DNA of 64,000 nucleotides from Thiobacillus sp. (GCA_020057245.1 JAGVGD010000175.1:10353-74352), one strand, 5' to 3'. Shown: positions 9,944 through 24,178, numbered from the stretch's first letter. Program-made: numbers and translations. Notes: generated by a model not told the origin, from the letters alone.

Positions 9944-10420
9944 CTATTTGTAAATGACGTCAAGCACTTCGTACTGACGGATCCCGCCAGGCGCCTGCAC
10001 ATCGACGCTGTCGCCGGCATACTTGCCGATCAGGGCGCGTGCGATCGGCGAAGACACGGAAATCTTGCCGTCCTTGATGTCCGCCTCGTCTTCCCCCACG
10101 ATCTGGTAAGTCACGGCATTGCCGGTATTGACTTCTTCGAGCTCGACCGTTGAACCAAAAACAATCCGGCCTTCCGCATCCAGCAGAGTCGGGTCGATGA
10201 TCTGGGCGTTGGCCAACTTGCCTTCCAAATCGGCAATGCGACCTTCGATGAATCCCTGCTTTTCCTTGGCGGCATCGTATTCGGCATTTTCCGACAGGTC
10301 GCCCTGGGCACGTGCTTCTGCAATGGCCTGAATTACAGCGGGTCGTTCAACACTTTTCATGTGCTGCAATTCGACACGGAGCCTTTCCGCGCCGACGACG
10401 GTGAGAGGAACTTTGTTCAC
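9944..10420 (-). CDS. greA: Transcription elongation factor GreA
   Basis: [33 protein letters not shown]. Confidence 0.97.
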   Translation of the reverse strand: MNKVPLTVVGAERLRVELQHMKSVERPAVIQAIAEARAQGDLSENAEYDAAKEKQGFIEGRIADLEGKLANAQIIDPTLLDAEGRIVFGSTVELEEVNTGNAVTYQIVGEDEADIKDGKISVSSPIARALIGKYAGDSVDVQAPGGIRQYEVLDVIYK

Positions 10421-10437
10421 GGGCTTACCTTTTCAGT

Positions 10438-13644
<3,207 letters not shown>

Positions 13645-13646
13645 GG

Positions 13647-14786
13647 TCAGGATACCGGGGCGTGGTCGGCCATCAATTGAATAAACCGGTCGAACAGATA
13701 GCTCACGTCGTGCGGACCGGGGCTGGCTTCAGGGTGGCCCTGAAAGCTGAATGCCGGCGCATCGGTGCGGGCAATGCCCTGTAGCGAACCGTCGAACAGG
13801 GAAACGTGGGTGCTGCGCAGATTGGCAGGCAGGGTCGTCGCATCAACCGCAAAGCCATGGTTCTGGCTGGTGATCGCCACCCGTCCGTTATCGAGATCCT
13901 TGACCGGATGATTCGCACCGTGGTGGCCGAATTTCATTTTCACGGTCTTGGCACCCGAAGCGAGCGCGAGCAATTGGTGGCCGAGGCAAATACCAAAAAC
14001 CGGTATCTTTGCCGCGACCAGTTCGGCAATCGCGCGGATCGCGTAGTCGCAGGGCTCGGGGTCGCCCGGGCCGTTGGACAGGAATACGCCATCCGGCTTG
14101 AGCGCCAGAACGTCGGCCGCAGTCGCGGTGGCGGGCAACACGGTCAGGCGGCAGCCGCGCTCGGCCAGCATGCGCAGGATGTTGCGCTTGACGCCATAGT
14201 CGAACGCGACCACATGAAAACGCGGCATATCCTGCTTGCCGTAGCCACGCCCCAGACGCCATTCGGTTTCGCTCCAGTCGTACGCCGTGGACACGCTGAC
14301 CACCTTGGCCAGGTCCATGCCGGCAAGCCCGGGAAATCCGCGCGCAGCTTCGAGCGCAGCCGCCTCGTCCAGCTTGCCCGCCATGATGCAGCCGCTTTGC
14401 GCGCCTTTTTCCCGCAGCACACGAGTCAGACGGCGCGTGTCGATATCGGCAATGGCCACCACATTCTGGCTTTTGAGGTATTCCGGCAGGGACTGGTTTG
14501 CACGAAAGTTCGAATACAGGCGAGGCACGTCGCGCACGACCAGGCCTGCTGCATGAATGCGATCTGCCTCAACGTCTTCGCTATTGATGCCGCTGTTGCC
14601 GATATGCGGATAGGTCAGCGTCACGATCTGGCGCGAATAGGACGGGTCCGTCAGGATTTCCTGGTATCCCGTCATGGCCGTGTTGAATACCACTTCGCCG
14701 ACAGTCATGCCTTCCGCACCGACCGAGAGACCGCGAAATACAGAACCGTCAGCTAGAACAAGGATGGCGGGCTGGGTACGTGGCAA
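13647..14786 (-). CDS. carA: Carbamoyl-phosphate synthase small subunit (TTG start at 14786 preferred)
   Basis: [34 protein letters not shown]; GGAG 7 nt before TTG. Confidence 0.97.
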   Translation of the reverse strand: MPRTQPAILVLADGSVFRGLSVGAEGMTVGEVVFNTAMTGYQEILTDPSYSRQIVTLTYPHIGNSGINSEDVEADRIHAAGLVVRDVPRLYSNFRANQSLPEYLKSQNVVAIADIDTRRLTRVLREKGAQSGCIMAGKLDEAAALEAARGFPGLAGMDLAKVVSVSTAYDWSETEWRLGRGYGKQDMPRFHVVAFDYGVKRNILRMLAERGCRLTVLPATATAADVLALKPDGVFLSNGPGDPEPCDYAIRAIAELVAAKIPVFGICLGHQLLALASGAKTVKMKFGHHGANHPVKDLDNGRVAITSQNHGFAVDATTLPANLRSTHVSLFDGSLQGIARTDAPAFSFQGHPEASPGPHDVSYLFDRFIQLMADHAPVS

Positions 14787-14825
14787 GGGGAGACTCCAGA
14801 AAGACGGTGATCGTGGCGCAGGTGA

Positions 14826-14904
14826 CAAAATTCAGGCGGGCTGCTTGCGCAACCCGCCTGAAATTGAATGCCAAAATTATAGCCGATTCGTGGCCCCGCT
14901 TCAA
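14826..14904 (-). promoter_or_regulatory. carA sigma70 promoter with leader hairpin (attenuator-like)
   Basis: TTGAAG (14904-14899) N17 TATAAT (14881-14876), then 14-bp stem with GCAA loop (14862-14831) and TTTTG. Confidence 0.75.
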
Positions 14905-14941
14905 TCGCCGGCGGCGCTAAAACGGGCATGCGGCCGACTAT

Positions 14942-15196
14942 TCAGGGCTGCAGATGATCCAGTTCGCCATCCATGTCGAGTTCGGTCAGTTCGGTAAACC
15001 CGCCGATGCACTTGCCCTCGATCACGATTTGCGGAACCGTGCGTGCGCCATTTGTGACCACCGAAAACTCTTTCATGGCTTCCCGGTCAAGATCAATGCG
15101 AACCTCGTCATAACCGATGCCGCGCTTGTCGAGAAATGCTTTGGCCTTGACGCAAATCGGACACGTTCCTGTGCTGTATACCTTGACGACGTTCAT
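14942..15196 (-). CDS. grxC: Glutaredoxin (GrxC-like)
   Basis: CPIC active site, RTVPQI, IGGFTEL. Confidence 0.85.
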   Translation of the reverse strand: MNVVKVYSTGTCPICVKAKAFLDKRGIGYDEVRIDLDREAMKEFSVVTNGARTVPQIVIEGKCIGGFTELTELDMDGELDHLQP

Positions 15197-15214
15197 GGGC
15201 TTCCTGGAATTCGC

Positions 15215-16018
15215 TTATTTGAGATTGAGTACATCGCGCATGTCATACAGACCCGGGGCACGGCCCTGCAGCCATTTGGCCGCACGCAGCGCGCCCTGCG
15301 CAAAGGTGGCGCGACTGCTGGCCTTGTGGGTGAGTTCGACGCGTTCTCCGATGCCGGCAAACAGCAGCGTGTGGTCGCCCACGATGTCGCCGCCGCGCAC
15401 GGTGGCGAAACCGATGGTTTTGGGGTCGCGTTCGCCGGTCACGCCTTCGCGACCGTACACAGCGCACTGCGCCAGATCGCGTTGAATTGCCCCGGCAACG
15501 GCCTGACCCAAGCCGAGCGCCGTTCCGGAAGGCGCATCGACCTTGTGGCGATGGTGGGCCTCGATGATCTCGATGTCATAGCCGTCTTTCAGCACCTGCG
15601 CGGCAAGCTCGGCAAGCTTCATCAACAGGTTCACGCCCACGCTCATATTGGGTGCAAAAACAATGGGGATCTGCCGCGCCGCTGCGGCAATACGCTCCTT
15701 GCCGGCCTCATCGAACCCGGTCGTGCCGATGACCAGCGGCACGCCAGCCGCCGAACAGGCGTCGAGATAGGTAAAAGTCGCCTCGGGGCGTGTGAAGTCA
15801 ATCAGAACGTGTGCATTGTGCAGCGCATCCGCAGGCTGGTCGGTTACCCGCACATTGCTGGCCGTGCCCCAGGCCGCACCCACATCCTGGCCCAGCAAGG
15901 GGCTGGCTGGACGATCGATCGCCGCACGCAAAGCGCACCCCGCATCTGCAGCGATCGCCTCGATCAGGGCACGCCCCATCCGGCCGGACACGCCGGCGAT
16001 GGCAACCTGCACCGTCAC
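15215..16018 (-). CDS. dapB: 4-hydroxy-tetrahydrodipicolinate reductase
   Basis: [34 protein letters not shown]. Confidence 0.97.
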   Translation of the reverse strand: MTVQVAIAGVSGRMGRALIEAIAADAGCALRAAIDRPASPLLGQDVGAAWGTASNVRVTDQPADALHNAHVLIDFTRPEATFTYLDACSAAGVPLVIGTTGFDEAGKERIAAAARQIPIVFAPNMSVGVNLLMKLAELAAQVLKDGYDIEIIEAHHRHKVDAPSGTALGLGQAVAGAIQRDLAQCAVYGREGVTGERDPKTIGFATVRGGDIVGDHTLLFAGIGERVELTHKASSRATFAQGALRAAKWLQGRAPGLYDMRDVLNLK

Positions 16019-16461
16019 GGCTGTACGCCCGTTGACGGAGGAACCGGAGTCGCAACAGGAACGGCAGCGGGAGCAGATTGGGACTCTACCGAAGAAGCCG
16101 TGCCCGGGGCATCAGAAGCCGGGGCGGAAGGCGCAGGCATATCCCCCTCGATGCGTGCGAGGGTATCGCCATCAAAAAACAGGCTGATGCGCTTTTGCTC
16201 GACCAGGCTGCCCGCTTCATAGTAGACGTACACGTAGTCCCAGCGATCGTTGCGGAAGGGGTCCACCACCAGCGGCGTTCCCAGCAAAAAGCGGACTTGC
16301 GAACGCGTCATCCCCGGTTTCAGGCGGGCGACGCTTTCGGCATCAAGGGCGTTGCCCTGCTGCACATTGACGCGATAGGGTCCGAACTTCTGGACGCGCT
16401 CAACCAGCGAACACCCGGCAAGCAGGCTCAAACACATTACGGGAAGCAAAACACGACGCAT
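16015..16461 (-). CDS. bamE: Outer membrane assembly lipoprotein BamE (start at MRRVLL)
   Basis: Lipobox [31 protein letters not shown]; divergent from fur. Confidence 0.93.
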   Translation of the reverse strand: MRRVLLPVMCLSLLAGCSLVERVQKFGPYRVNVQQGNALDAESVARLKPGMTRSQVRFLLGTPLVVDPFRNDRWDYVYVYYEAGSLVEQKRISLFFDGDTLARIEGDMPAPSAPASDAPGTASSVESQSAPAAVPVATPVPPSTGVQP

Positions 16462-16540
16462 AGCCAAGTAGCCAGAAGGGATAAGGCGAGGGTGAAAAGA
16501 CGTATCATAACGTATTCGTGTTCCCATTCTGGAGCCTCCA

Positions 16541-16987
16541 TTGAGCAGCCCCTCCGATCTCAAAAACATCGGTCTCAAAGCCACGCTGCCGCGGCTAAAA
16601 ATCCTCGATTTATTCGAGCAAAGCAACAAGCGCCACATGACGGCAGAAGAGGTCTATCGACTGTTGACTGACGATGAGCAGGATATTGGGCTCGCAACGG
16701 TGTATCGCGTGCTGACACAGTTCGAACAGGCCGGTTTGCTGATGCGCCATCATTTTGATAGCGACAAGGCGGTTTTTGAACTCAATCATGGCGACCACCA
16801 CGACCATCTGGTTTGCATGCAATGCGGCAAGGTCGAAGAATTCATCGACGCCGAAATCGAGAAACGCCAGCACCGGATCGCCAAGGAACGCGGCTTCGCC
16901 ATCCACGATCATTCACTGCAGATTTACGCCGATTGCATCAAGGAAAACTGCCCCAACCGCAAGCCGAGCTCAGCGCGTCAACGCTGA
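16541..16987 (+). CDS. fur: Ferric uptake regulator
   Basis: [35 protein letters not shown]. Confidence 0.97.
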   Translation: MSSPSDLKNIGLKATLPRLKILDLFEQSNKRHMTAEEVYRLLTDDEQDIGLATVYRVLTQFEQAGLLMRHHFDSDKAVFELNHGDHHDHLVCMQCGKVEEFIDAEIEKRQHRIAKERGFAIHDHSLQIYADCIKENCPNRKPSSARQR

Positions 16988-17856
16988 CCGGAGTGAAGTA
17001 TCGCGGGCTGGAGCGCATTGCACAACGCGGCCACCCCCTCGACCAAACGCGGCGTCGGGCGGTGCAGACGATCCGCATCAATGCGCACGAAGGCCTGCCT
17101 TTTCACCGCAGGCAGCCCTGGAAATTCTTGCCACTGCGCACGCATGTCCGGCGCATCGCTGCCACTCACGATCACCTCCGGCGCACGCTGCAACACGGCC
17201 TCGCGTGACACCACCGGCGACAGCCCGGGCAGGTCGGCAAACACGTTGAGCGCGCCACACAGCTGCAGCGCATCGCTGATCCAGTGCATCCCGCCCACCG
17301 TCATCAGCGGCCGATCCCACACCTGATAAAACACCTTGAGCGGGGGCTGCCCGGGCTTCCTCATTTGCACCGCAGCCAGCCGTGTCCGGTATGCCCTTGC
17401 CGCCGCCTCGCCCTGTGCCTCATGGCCGGTCGCCACGCCGAGCAACCGCAGCAGGCGTGCAACATCGTCAAGTCGGGTGGCACGGGTTTGCAAAACCGGC
17501 ACCCCCATTTTCTTCAGGCCATGAATATCGACGGCACGATTGCCGTCCATCCATACAAGCACCAGGTCTGGCTTCAGCGCGAGGACGCGTTCGAAATTCA
17601 CCCGGCTGAAATCGCCGATGCGTGGCAGCGCCTGAACGGCGGGCGGGTAATCGCTGGCACTGTCGACCCCCACGATCTGCGGACCCGCGCCAATGGCAAA
17701 CAGCAGTTCGGTCAGGTGGGGTGTCAGGGAAATAATGCGCTGAGGCGGGCGGGCAAATGCGAGCATCTGTCCGGCATCGTCGCGCACCGCGATCATCGCC
17801 GCCTGCGCTGGCCATGCCAGCAACGCACACAGGAAAAAAAACAGGAAGCGGGTCAC
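16978..17856 (-). CDS. btuF: Cobalamin/metal-chelate periplasmic binding protein (BtuF-like)
   Basis: Signal peptide, [29 protein letters not shown]. Confidence 0.8.
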   Translation of the reverse strand: MTRFLFFFLCALLAWPAQAAMIAVRDDAGQMLAFARPPQRIISLTPHLTELLFAIGAGPQIVGVDSASDYPPAVQALPRIGDFSRVNFERVLALKPDLVLVWMDGNRAVDIHGLKKMGVPVLQTRATRLDDVARLLRLLGVATGHEAQGEAAARAYRTRLAAVQMRKPGQPPLKVFYQVWDRPLMTVGGMHWISDALQLCGALNVFADLPGLSPVVSREAVLQRAPEVIVSGSDAPDMRAQWQEFPGLPAVKRQAFVRIDADRLHRPTPRLVEGVAALCNALQPAILHSGQR

Positions 17857-18449
17857 CGCCCGGGCAAGCTTCCGCCGTGGAAGATCAGGCTGGCGAATCC
17901 TTTGCTGAAGCGCAAACGCGTCATTGATGCGCTTGCCACTTCGATCCGATAGGCATGCTGCAGCGGGATATGCAGCGCCCAGGCCAGCGCCATGCGCACC
18001 ACGCCGGCATGCCCCACCACCAGCACATGCTGGTCGGGGCTTTGCGACACCACGGCATCAAGGCCGGCGGCCACCCGCGCCTGAAAGTCCGCCAGCGGCT
18101 CAGCGTCTTGCGGGCGCGCGTGGACGGGATCGCTCTTGAAACGCGCCAGGGTTCCGGGGGCTTCCAGTTCGATTTCAGCCGCGGTTTTGCCTTCCCACAC
18201 CCCAAAACCCACTTCCTGCAACCGCGGATCGAACGCAAGCGGTAGCTTGTGACGCTCGGCCATCACTTCTGAAAACTTGCGGCAACGCAATAAAGGCGAC
18301 GACACGATCCGCGTCCATGGCGCCTGATCGCCCACTGCCGCATGCATCTGCGCCCAGCCCTTTTCCGATAGTGGATCGTCGATCTGCCCCCGGTATTTGC
18401 GTCCGCCCACCGGCTCGCCATGACGCATCAAGTCCAGCGTTACGCTCAT
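17853..18449 (-). CDS. Histidine phosphatase family protein (CobC-like)
   Basis: RHGE motif, SSPLLRC, FGVWEG, GHAGVVR; coupled to btuF. Confidence 0.8.
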   Translation of the reverse strand: MSVTLDLMRHGEPVGGRKYRGQIDDPLSEKGWAQMHAAVGDQAPWTRIVSSPLLRCRKFSEVMAERHKLPLAFDPRLQEVGFGVWEGKTAAEIELEAPGTLARFKSDPVHARPQDAEPLADFQARVAAGLDAVVSQSPDQHVLVVGHAGVVRMALAWALHIPLQHAYRIEVASASMTRLRFSKGFASLIFHGGSLPGR

Positions 18450-19570
18450 GCCAGCACCACCAGATTATCGCGATGGATCAGCTCGGGTTCATCCATATAG
18501 CCCAGCTCGGACTCGATCGCGCTGCTGGGTTTACCGGCGATTCGCCGCGCCTCGCTGGCGCTGTAATTGGCCAGCCCGCGCGCAATCTCGCGTCCGTTCA
18601 TGTCGCTTATGGTAACGACCTCACCGCGCTCGAATTCACCGACAACGCATTTCACCCCGACCGGCAGCAGGCTTTTCCCCTCGTCGCGCAAGGCCCGCAC
18701 GGCGCCCTCGTCCAGCACCACGCCGCCATGCAATTGCAGATGGTCAGCCAGCCACTGGCGCCGTGCCGCAAGCGGCGCCTGGCGCGCCACCAGCTGGCTG
18801 CCGATTGCCTCCCCCGCTGCCAGGCGCAACAACACGCGTTCTTCACGCCCGCTGCAGATCACGGTATGCGCGCCGCTACGCGCCGCACGCTTGGCGGCAA
18901 GAATCTTGGTCAGCATGCCGCCTGTGCCCACGCTGCTGCCTGCGCCGCCTGCCATGCGTTCGAGTTCGGGATCCCCCGCCAGGGCATCGCTCACCAGCGT
19001 CGCGGTCACATCGCGGCGCGGGTCGGCGGTATACAAGCCGGTCTGGTCGGTCAGGATGATCAGGCAGTCGGCTTCGATCAGATTGGTGACCAGCGCGCCC
19101 AGCGTGTCGTTGTCGCCGAGGCGGATTTCATCGGTGGCGACCGTGTCGTTTTCGTTTATGATCGGCACCACCTTCAGTTCCAGCAAGGTGCGCAAGGTTG
19201 AACGCGCATTCAGATAGCGCGTGCGGTCGGCCAAATCTTCGTGGGTCAGCAAAACTTGCGCAGCATGCAGATTATGGGTTCGAAAAATGGATTCATACGC
19301 CTGCACCAGCCCCATCTGGCCGACCGCAGCCGCTGCCTGCAGCTCATTGACGGCCTTGGGACGCCTGCTCCACCCCAGCCGCGCGATCCCCTCGGCAATC
19401 GCACCCGAGGACACCAGCACGACCTCCCGCCCCTGCCCGGCAAGCGCAGCAATCTGTTCGGCCCAACGTGCCAGGGCGGCATGATCGAGCCCGCGGCCCT
19501 CGGCGGTGACCAGACTCGATCCGACCTTGACGACGATACGCCGCGCATCCTTGACGATCGACGTGTTCAT
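18446..19570 (-). CDS. proB: Glutamate 5-kinase
   Basis: [29 protein letters not shown]-terminal PUA domain. Confidence 0.97.
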   Translation of the reverse strand: MNTSIVKDARRIVVKVGSSLVTAEGRGLDHAALARWAEQIAALAGQGREVVLVSSGAIAEGIARLGWSRRPKAVNELQAAAAVGQMGLVQAYESIFRTHNLHAAQVLLTHEDLADRTRYLNARSTLRTLLELKVVPIINENDTVATDEIRLGDNDTLGALVTNLIEADCLIILTDQTGLYTADPRRDVTATLVSDALAGDPELERMAGGAGSSVGTGGMLTKILAAKRAARSGAHTVICSGREERVLLRLAAGEAIGSQLVARQAPLAARRQWLADHLQLHGGVVLDEGAVRALRDEGKSLLPVGVKCVVGEFERGEVVTISDMNGREIARGLANYSASEARRIAGKPSSAIESELGYMDEPELIHRDNLVVLA

Positions 19571-20064
19571 CGCACCCCCTGCTGCAGATTGCTCACGGCT
19601 GTATTCACGTCTTTGACGGCAATCCCGTCGGGACAGAAAAACCCCTCATACAGGGCTTTCTGATATGAAAGCGGCGAACGAAACTGGATGTCCTTCCAAC
19701 CCGCATCGCGGGCCTTGGACCAGCTACCGTCAGGGTGCCCATATGCGTACAGGCGGCTTTCACCGGTTTCGCAGCGCAATCCTTCGAACGAGATGTTTTT
19801 TGCACCACCCACCGTTTCGATCACGACCGTATAACGAACCACATGGTCTTCACTCACGCTGATCGATGCCGCGTCAATGAAATAACGATGCCTGGTCACG
19901 GAAGAAACGGAGAAAGGCAGCAGATTTTCGATCCGGGGATAGGCCGGCAACTGCGCGGCCACCTCGACCCAGGGTTTGTCCTGTTCGAAATCCTGTTCGA
20001 TTGTCCCCCACTCAGCGTGGGCAAGCAGGGGCAGATACAGCAAAAACATCAAAGGCTTTTTCAT
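19567..20064 (-). CDS. CNP1-like family exported protein (start at MKKPLM)
   Basis: Signal peptide; [26 protein letters not shown]. Confidence 0.85.
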   Translation of the reverse strand: MKKPLMFLLYLPLLAHAEWGTIEQDFEQDKPWVEVAAQLPAYPRIENLLPFSVSSVTRHRYFIDAASISVSEDHVVRYTVVIETVGGAKNISFEGLRCETGESRLYAYGHPDGSWSKARDAGWKDIQFRSPLSYQKALYEGFFCPDGIAVKDVNTAVSNLQQGVR

Positions 20065-20100
20065 GCGCGCCAATTGTATGGGCTCGGAACGGGAAAGTCT

Positions 20101-20286
20101 CCAATCAATGCTAGCGTCCTGATTCACGATTTGTACAATTCGGACACCAGCGGCCCATACATCTTTACTGTCCGCAACGGTCAGGTGGTCAACCCCAATC
20201 CGATCTCCGAGCCCGCTTCTCTTGCACGGGTGGGGCTCGGCCTGGCCGGCCTGGGCATGATGTGTCGCCGCAAAGCGCACGCCTGA
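20101..20286 (+). pseudogene. 3' remnant of a PEP-CTERM surface protein gene
   Basis: ...YIFTVRNGQVVNPNP-ISEPASLARVGLGLAGLGMMCRRKAHA*: degenerate VPEP motif, TM helix, basic tail; no start or signal peptide. Confidence 0.7.
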
Positions 20287-20309
20287 GTCCAATCCAGCTC
20301 AGCAAAACG

Positions 20310-20334
20310 GCAACGCAGTTGCGTTGCTTTTTTT
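20310..20334 (+). terminator. Terminator after the PEP-CTERM remnant
   Basis: GCAACGC-AGTT-GCGTTGC followed by T7. Confidence 0.7.
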
Positions 20335-20359
20335 CGCCCTCGAACATGCCCGCCACGTA

Positions 20360-21565
20360 TCAGCGGTACTGGCATTCCCTGTTGAACTGATAATTCGGCT
20401 GCGCGCCGCTCACGCCCTTGCCAGCCAGAACCTGCCACAACTCCAGCCAGCCGCGATCGAAGGCATGAGCGGAGCCTGCCATGTAGACACGCCAGATACG
20501 GTATTTTTGCTCGCCTATCAGGCGGCTGGCGGCGTCGGCATGCTGTTCCAGCCGGGTCACCCAGTGCCAAAGCGTTTTCCCGTAATGCGGCCGCAGGTTT
20601 TCGGCATCCAGACATTCAAGGCTGCTGCCTGATGCGGTACGCAGCACGTCCGACACATGCACCAGTTCGCCGCCAGGGAATACATAGTCTTCGACGAATT
20701 CGGCGATGCCGCTACCCAAGCCGCCCGCGGCAGGGGTGGCTGCAGTGATGCCGTGGTTGAGCACCAGACCGCCGGGCTTCAGCAGCGCAGCAATCTGATC
20801 GAAATACGCCATGAGATTGGCGCGGCCGACGTGTTCGAACATGCCGACGCTGGCGATCTTGTCGTAGCCGCCTCGCTCCGGAACGTCGCGGTAATCCAGC
20901 TTGTGGACCTCGACGCGGCCCGTCAGTCCGCGAAATTCGATCTGCTGGCTGACGTAGGCATGCTGGTCGTCCGACAGGGTGATGCCCACCGCCCGCACGC
21001 CGTAGCGTTCGGCGGCATGCAGGACCAGGCCGCCCCAACCGCAGCCGATATCGAGAAAGCGTTCACCCGATCGGAGGTCAAGCTTGCGGCAGATGTGATC
21101 GAGCTTGGCTTCCTGAGCGGCATCCAGACTCATGTCCGGGGTTTTGAAATAAGCACAGGAATACACCCGCCGGGTGTCCAGCCACAGACCGTAAAAATCG
21201 TTGGACACGTCATAGTGATACTGGATGTTCTTGCGGTCCTGACTTCGCGTGTGACGCCACCACTTCCAGCCTTCCGAACCCGGTTTCGGCTTGCAAGCGC
21301 TGGCATTGCAGAGACGGTCGCCGAGCGCCAGGATATCGCGGATGTCGCCTTCCAGATCAAGCGTTCCTTCGACATAGGCTCGCGCCAGGACGCCCAGACT
21401 GGGATCGGCAACGGCCTTGAGACTGGTTGGGCGATGCAGGCGCAAACGCACGCTGGCGTCTGCAACCGCTCCCAGCAATTCGCCATTCCACAGTTCAATC
21501 ACCAGCGGCAAACCGGATGCTTCCAGCCGCCGCCGCACCTGATGAACCAGCAATTGATCCAGCAT
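20360..21565 (-). CDS. cfa: Cyclopropane-fatty-acyl-phospholipid synthase family methyltransferase
   Basis: IQYHYDVSNDFY, YSCAYF, LDIGCGWG, SVGMFEHVG, YVFPGGEL. Confidence 0.9.
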   Translation of the reverse strand: MLDQLLVHQVRRRLEASGLPLVIELWNGELLGAVADASVRLRLHRPTSLKAVADPSLGVLARAYVEGTLDLEGDIRDILALGDRLCNASACKPKPGSEGWKWWRHTRSQDRKNIQYHYDVSNDFYGLWLDTRRVYSCAYFKTPDMSLDAAQEAKLDHICRKLDLRSGERFLDIGCGWGGLVLHAAERYGVRAVGITLSDDQHAYVSQQIEFRGLTGRVEVHKLDYRDVPERGGYDKIASVGMFEHVGRANLMAYFDQIAALLKPGGLVLNHGITAATPAAGGLGSGIAEFVEDYVFPGGELVHVSDVLRTASGSSLECLDAENLRPHYGKTLWHWVTRLEQHADAASRLIGEQKYRIWRVYMAGSAHAFDRGWLELWQVLAGKGVSGAQPNYQFNRECQYR

Positions 21566-21621
21566 CGCGCCCTCCCGGAGTAAATGGCGCCAGGTTCGGG
21601 GTTTATGCGCCTGCTTTGAAT

Positions 21622-22206
21622 TTAGGCCAGATCAACCACCAGCGCAGCACGCACGTTCTCCGCCAGCGTTCTTGCTTCCACCGGATACGCAGCGAGGTCA
21701 ATTCCCATGCGGATGGCTGCGCCTGATTTGGCGGCCGCGGCCGAGGTGGCATCGAGCTCGAAGCGCAAGAAATGCACCGCCGAGGTTTTCTCCGCGTTCT
21801 CGCGTTCCATGTCCTCATCCGCGATGGCATAGACGCGCGGCTGGTCCGCCACCTGCACCCACACCCGGTCCTCGATCCCCTTCTGTTTCTCCAGGGCGAC
21901 CTGGCGCTCGTCCGGATCGGGGTACTCGATCATCATGGTGGCCTTCCAGTTGCTGCCATCCGGAACCAGCGGGTTGTAGGCATCCAGTTCGTCCTGGATC
22001 CCCGCGTCTTCAAAGGTGCGCTCGGCGCGCAGCATTTCCTGTATCTGGTAACGCATGGTTTTCTCGTCTTCGAAAATCAGCGTCACGTGCCCGCCCAGCG
22101 CCACAGAGCGGTTTTTCTTGTGAGCAATTATTTCACTGCGATAAGCCGGACGGATCTTGGCATAGCTTTCCAGGCTCATCAGGCTGTCACGGGTAATCTG
22201 GGGCAT
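21622..22206 (-). CDS. DUF3501 family protein (start at MPQITR)
   Basis: YQIQEMLRAE, ELDAYNPL, KTSAVHFLRF; third gene of the rubrerythrin cluster. Confidence 0.9.
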   Translation of the reverse strand: MPQITRDSLMSLESYAKIRPAYRSEIIAHKKNRSVALGGHVTLIFEDEKTMRYQIQEMLRAERTFEDAGIQDELDAYNPLVPDGSNWKATMMIEYPDPDERQVALEKQKGIEDRVWVQVADQPRVYAIADEDMERENAEKTSAVHFLRFELDATSAAAAKSGAAIRMGIDLAAYPVEARTLAENVRAALVVDLA

Positions 22207-22228
22207 GTGCTTCTCCTTGCTCAACGGA

Positions 22229-23560
22229 TTATTCGAGGCCGTATGCAATGCGCAACAGCGTGATCGGGTGCCGCTTCTCGGCGGTGGCGCCTTCCCCCAT
22301 ACCCTGCAGGATGTGGCGCGCGGCAATCGCACAGTCCGAGCTGACGTAATCGGGTTGCGGCTCGGCCATCTGGCGGAACACCGGCTTGCCGATTTTCATC
22401 GACTTGTCGAAATACTCCGACTTCACGCCCCAGGTGCCGTCGTGACCCGAACAGCGCTCGACCATCGTCACCTTGGCACCCGCCAGTTGCAGGGCGTCGC
22501 GCGTCTTGTTGCCGATGTTCTGCACCCGCTGGTGACAGGGCACGTGATAAGCGACCTTGCCGAGCGGCGAATTGAAATCGGTCTTCAACAGGCCGTCGAC
22601 ATTGCGCGCCATCAGGTATTCGAAGGGATCCCACATCGCGTACCTGACGGCCTGCACATCGGCGTCATCGGGGAACATCAGCGGCAGCTCCTGCTTGTAC
22701 ATCAGTGTGCAGGACGGCACGGCGGTCAGGATCGCGCAACCTTCACGCGCCAGTTTCGCCAGATGCGGAATGTTGATTTCCTTCAGTTTCTGCACTGCGT
22801 CGAGATCGCCCAGTTCGAGTTTCGGCATGCCGCAGCAGGCTTCCTTGTCCACCAGCACGGCGGGGATTTCATTGTGCGCCAGCAGCTTCAGCAGGTCGTG
22901 GCCGATGCCGGGCTCGTTGTAATTCACATAGCAGGTCGCGTAAATCGCCACCTTGCCGGGCGTTTTCGCTCCGGCTTTCACGGCGAAATCGCTGCGCGGC
23001 CTGGCGGTGGAACGGAATTTTTCGCTGTCGTATTCGGGCAACTGGCGGTCGGGGTGAATGTGCAGCACGCTGCCGACCAACTTGCGGATCGGCTTGCTCT
23101 TCAGGCTGGCGTTCACCGCCTGCACCACCACGGGAATCGAGGCGAGCTTGCCCATCGTATCGGTGCTGGACAGCAGCTTGTCGCGGAACGTTGTGCCGCC
23201 TTGCTTGAATTTGAGCGCCTTGGCACGCAGCATGAGGTGTGGGAAATCAATGTTCCACGGATGCGGCGGCACGTAGGGGCATTTGGTCATGTAGCAGAGG
23301 TCGCACAGGTAACACTCGTCCACCACCTTTGAATAATCGGCCTTGTCGACGCCATCTACTTCCTGCGTCGAGGAGTTGTCCACCAGATCGAATAGCGTCG
23401 GGAACGCGGTACACAGCGACACACAGCGACGGCAGCCATGGCAGGCGTCAAAAACACGCTCCAGCTCGTGATTGAGCTTCTCCTCGTCGTAAAAATTCGG
23501 GGATTTCCAGTCGAGCGGGTGACGGGTGGGAGCTTCGAGGTTGCCTTCACGAGTGCTCAT
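22229..23560 (-). CDS. Fe-S oxidoreductase (GlpC/HdrD-like, rubrerythrin-associated)
   Basis: CHGCRRCVSLC and CYLCDLC..KCP cluster motifs; CCG domains (CCGMP, CSGHDG). Confidence 0.9.
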   Translation of the reverse strand: MSTREGNLEAPTRHPLDWKSPNFYDEEKLNHELERVFDACHGCRRCVSLCTAFPTLFDLVDNSSTQEVDGVDKADYSKVVDECYLCDLCYMTKCPYVPPHPWNIDFPHLMLRAKALKFKQGGTTFRDKLLSSTDTMGKLASIPVVVQAVNASLKSKPIRKLVGSVLHIHPDRQLPEYDSEKFRSTARPRSDFAVKAGAKTPGKVAIYATCYVNYNEPGIGHDLLKLLAHNEIPAVLVDKEACCGMPKLELGDLDAVQKLKEINIPHLAKLAREGCAILTAVPSCTLMYKQELPLMFPDDADVQAVRYAMWDPFEYLMARNVDGLLKTDFNSPLGKVAYHVPCHQRVQNIGNKTRDALQLAGAKVTMVERCSGHDGTWGVKSEYFDKSMKIGKPVFRQMAEPQPDYVSSDCAIAARHILQGMGEGATAEKRHPITLLRIAYGLE

Positions 23561-23608
23561 GCGAACTCCTGTGTCATTTTTGCAGAGAGGTTTTCAAAGT
23601 CGAGAATC

Positions 23609-23640
23609 AAAAAAAGCGGGCCGAATCCGACCCGCTTTTT
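23609..23640 (-). terminator. Terminator/stabilising hairpin after rubrerythrin
   Basis: A7-GCGGG...CCCGC-T5 inverted repeat. Confidence 0.7.
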
Positions 23641-23652
23641 GCGTGGGCAGGA

Positions 23653-24072
23653 TTATGCGCCCAGGGTGTCCAGCGTTTTCTGAAACTTGTTGGCGTGCGA
23701 ACGCTCGGCCTTGGCCAGCGTCTCGAACCAGTCGGCGATTTCGTCGAAACCTTCGGCACGTGCATCCTTGGCCATGCCCGGGTACATGTCGGTGTACTCA
23801 TGCGTTTCGCCTGCGATCGCGGTCTTCAGGTTGTCGGCAGTGGGGCCAAAAGCCATGCCGGTGGCAGGATCGCCGCACTTTTCCAGATATTCCAGGTGGC
23901 CGTGCGCGTGGCCGGTTTCACCTTCGGCGGTGGAACGGAATACCGAAGCAACGTCGTTATAACCTTCCACGTCAGCTTTTGCTGCAAAGTAAAGGTAGCG
24001 GCGATTGGCCTGTGATTCGCCCGCGAAAGCGGCTTTCAGATGATCTTCAGTTTTTGAGCCTTTAAGTTGCAT
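23653..24072 (-). CDS. rbr: Rubrerythrin, short type without rubredoxin domain
   Basis: AFAGESQANRRY, ETGHA, AIAGETHEYTDMYP, ERSHA diiron ligands; AAGGAG RBS. Confidence 0.93.
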   Translation of the reverse strand: MQLKGSKTEDHLKAAFAGESQANRRYLYFAAKADVEGYNDVASVFRSTAEGETGHAHGHLEYLEKCGDPATGMAFGPTADNLKTAIAGETHEYTDMYPGMAKDARAEGFDEIADWFETLAKAERSHANKFQKTLDTLGA

Positions 24073-24161
24073 AACCCTATCTCCTTGATTGATGTATCGG
24101 ATGCTTTTCAGCCTTGAAATACCCATCCCCGGACTGGAACCCCAGTTGAGGATAGACGGTT

Positions 24162-24178
24162 TTTAGACTAAGTCTAAT
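24162..24178. promoter_or_regulatory. Perfect 7-1-7 palindrome (Fur-family, PerR/Irr-like operator candidate) between rbr and msrB
   Basis: TTAGACT-A-AGTCTAA at 24163-24177. Confidence 0.65.

Noticed and set aside
19735-20100. N-terminal part of the 183-aa + ORF as a full PEP-CTERM protein
   Set aside because: It is antisense to CNP1 and has no signal peptide; only the last ~60 codons look genuine
21622-21635. FNR-like site upstream of cfa (TTGAT-CTGG-CCTAA, minus strand)
   Set aside because: Second half-site matches ATCAA poorly and the sequence is the coding end of DUF3501
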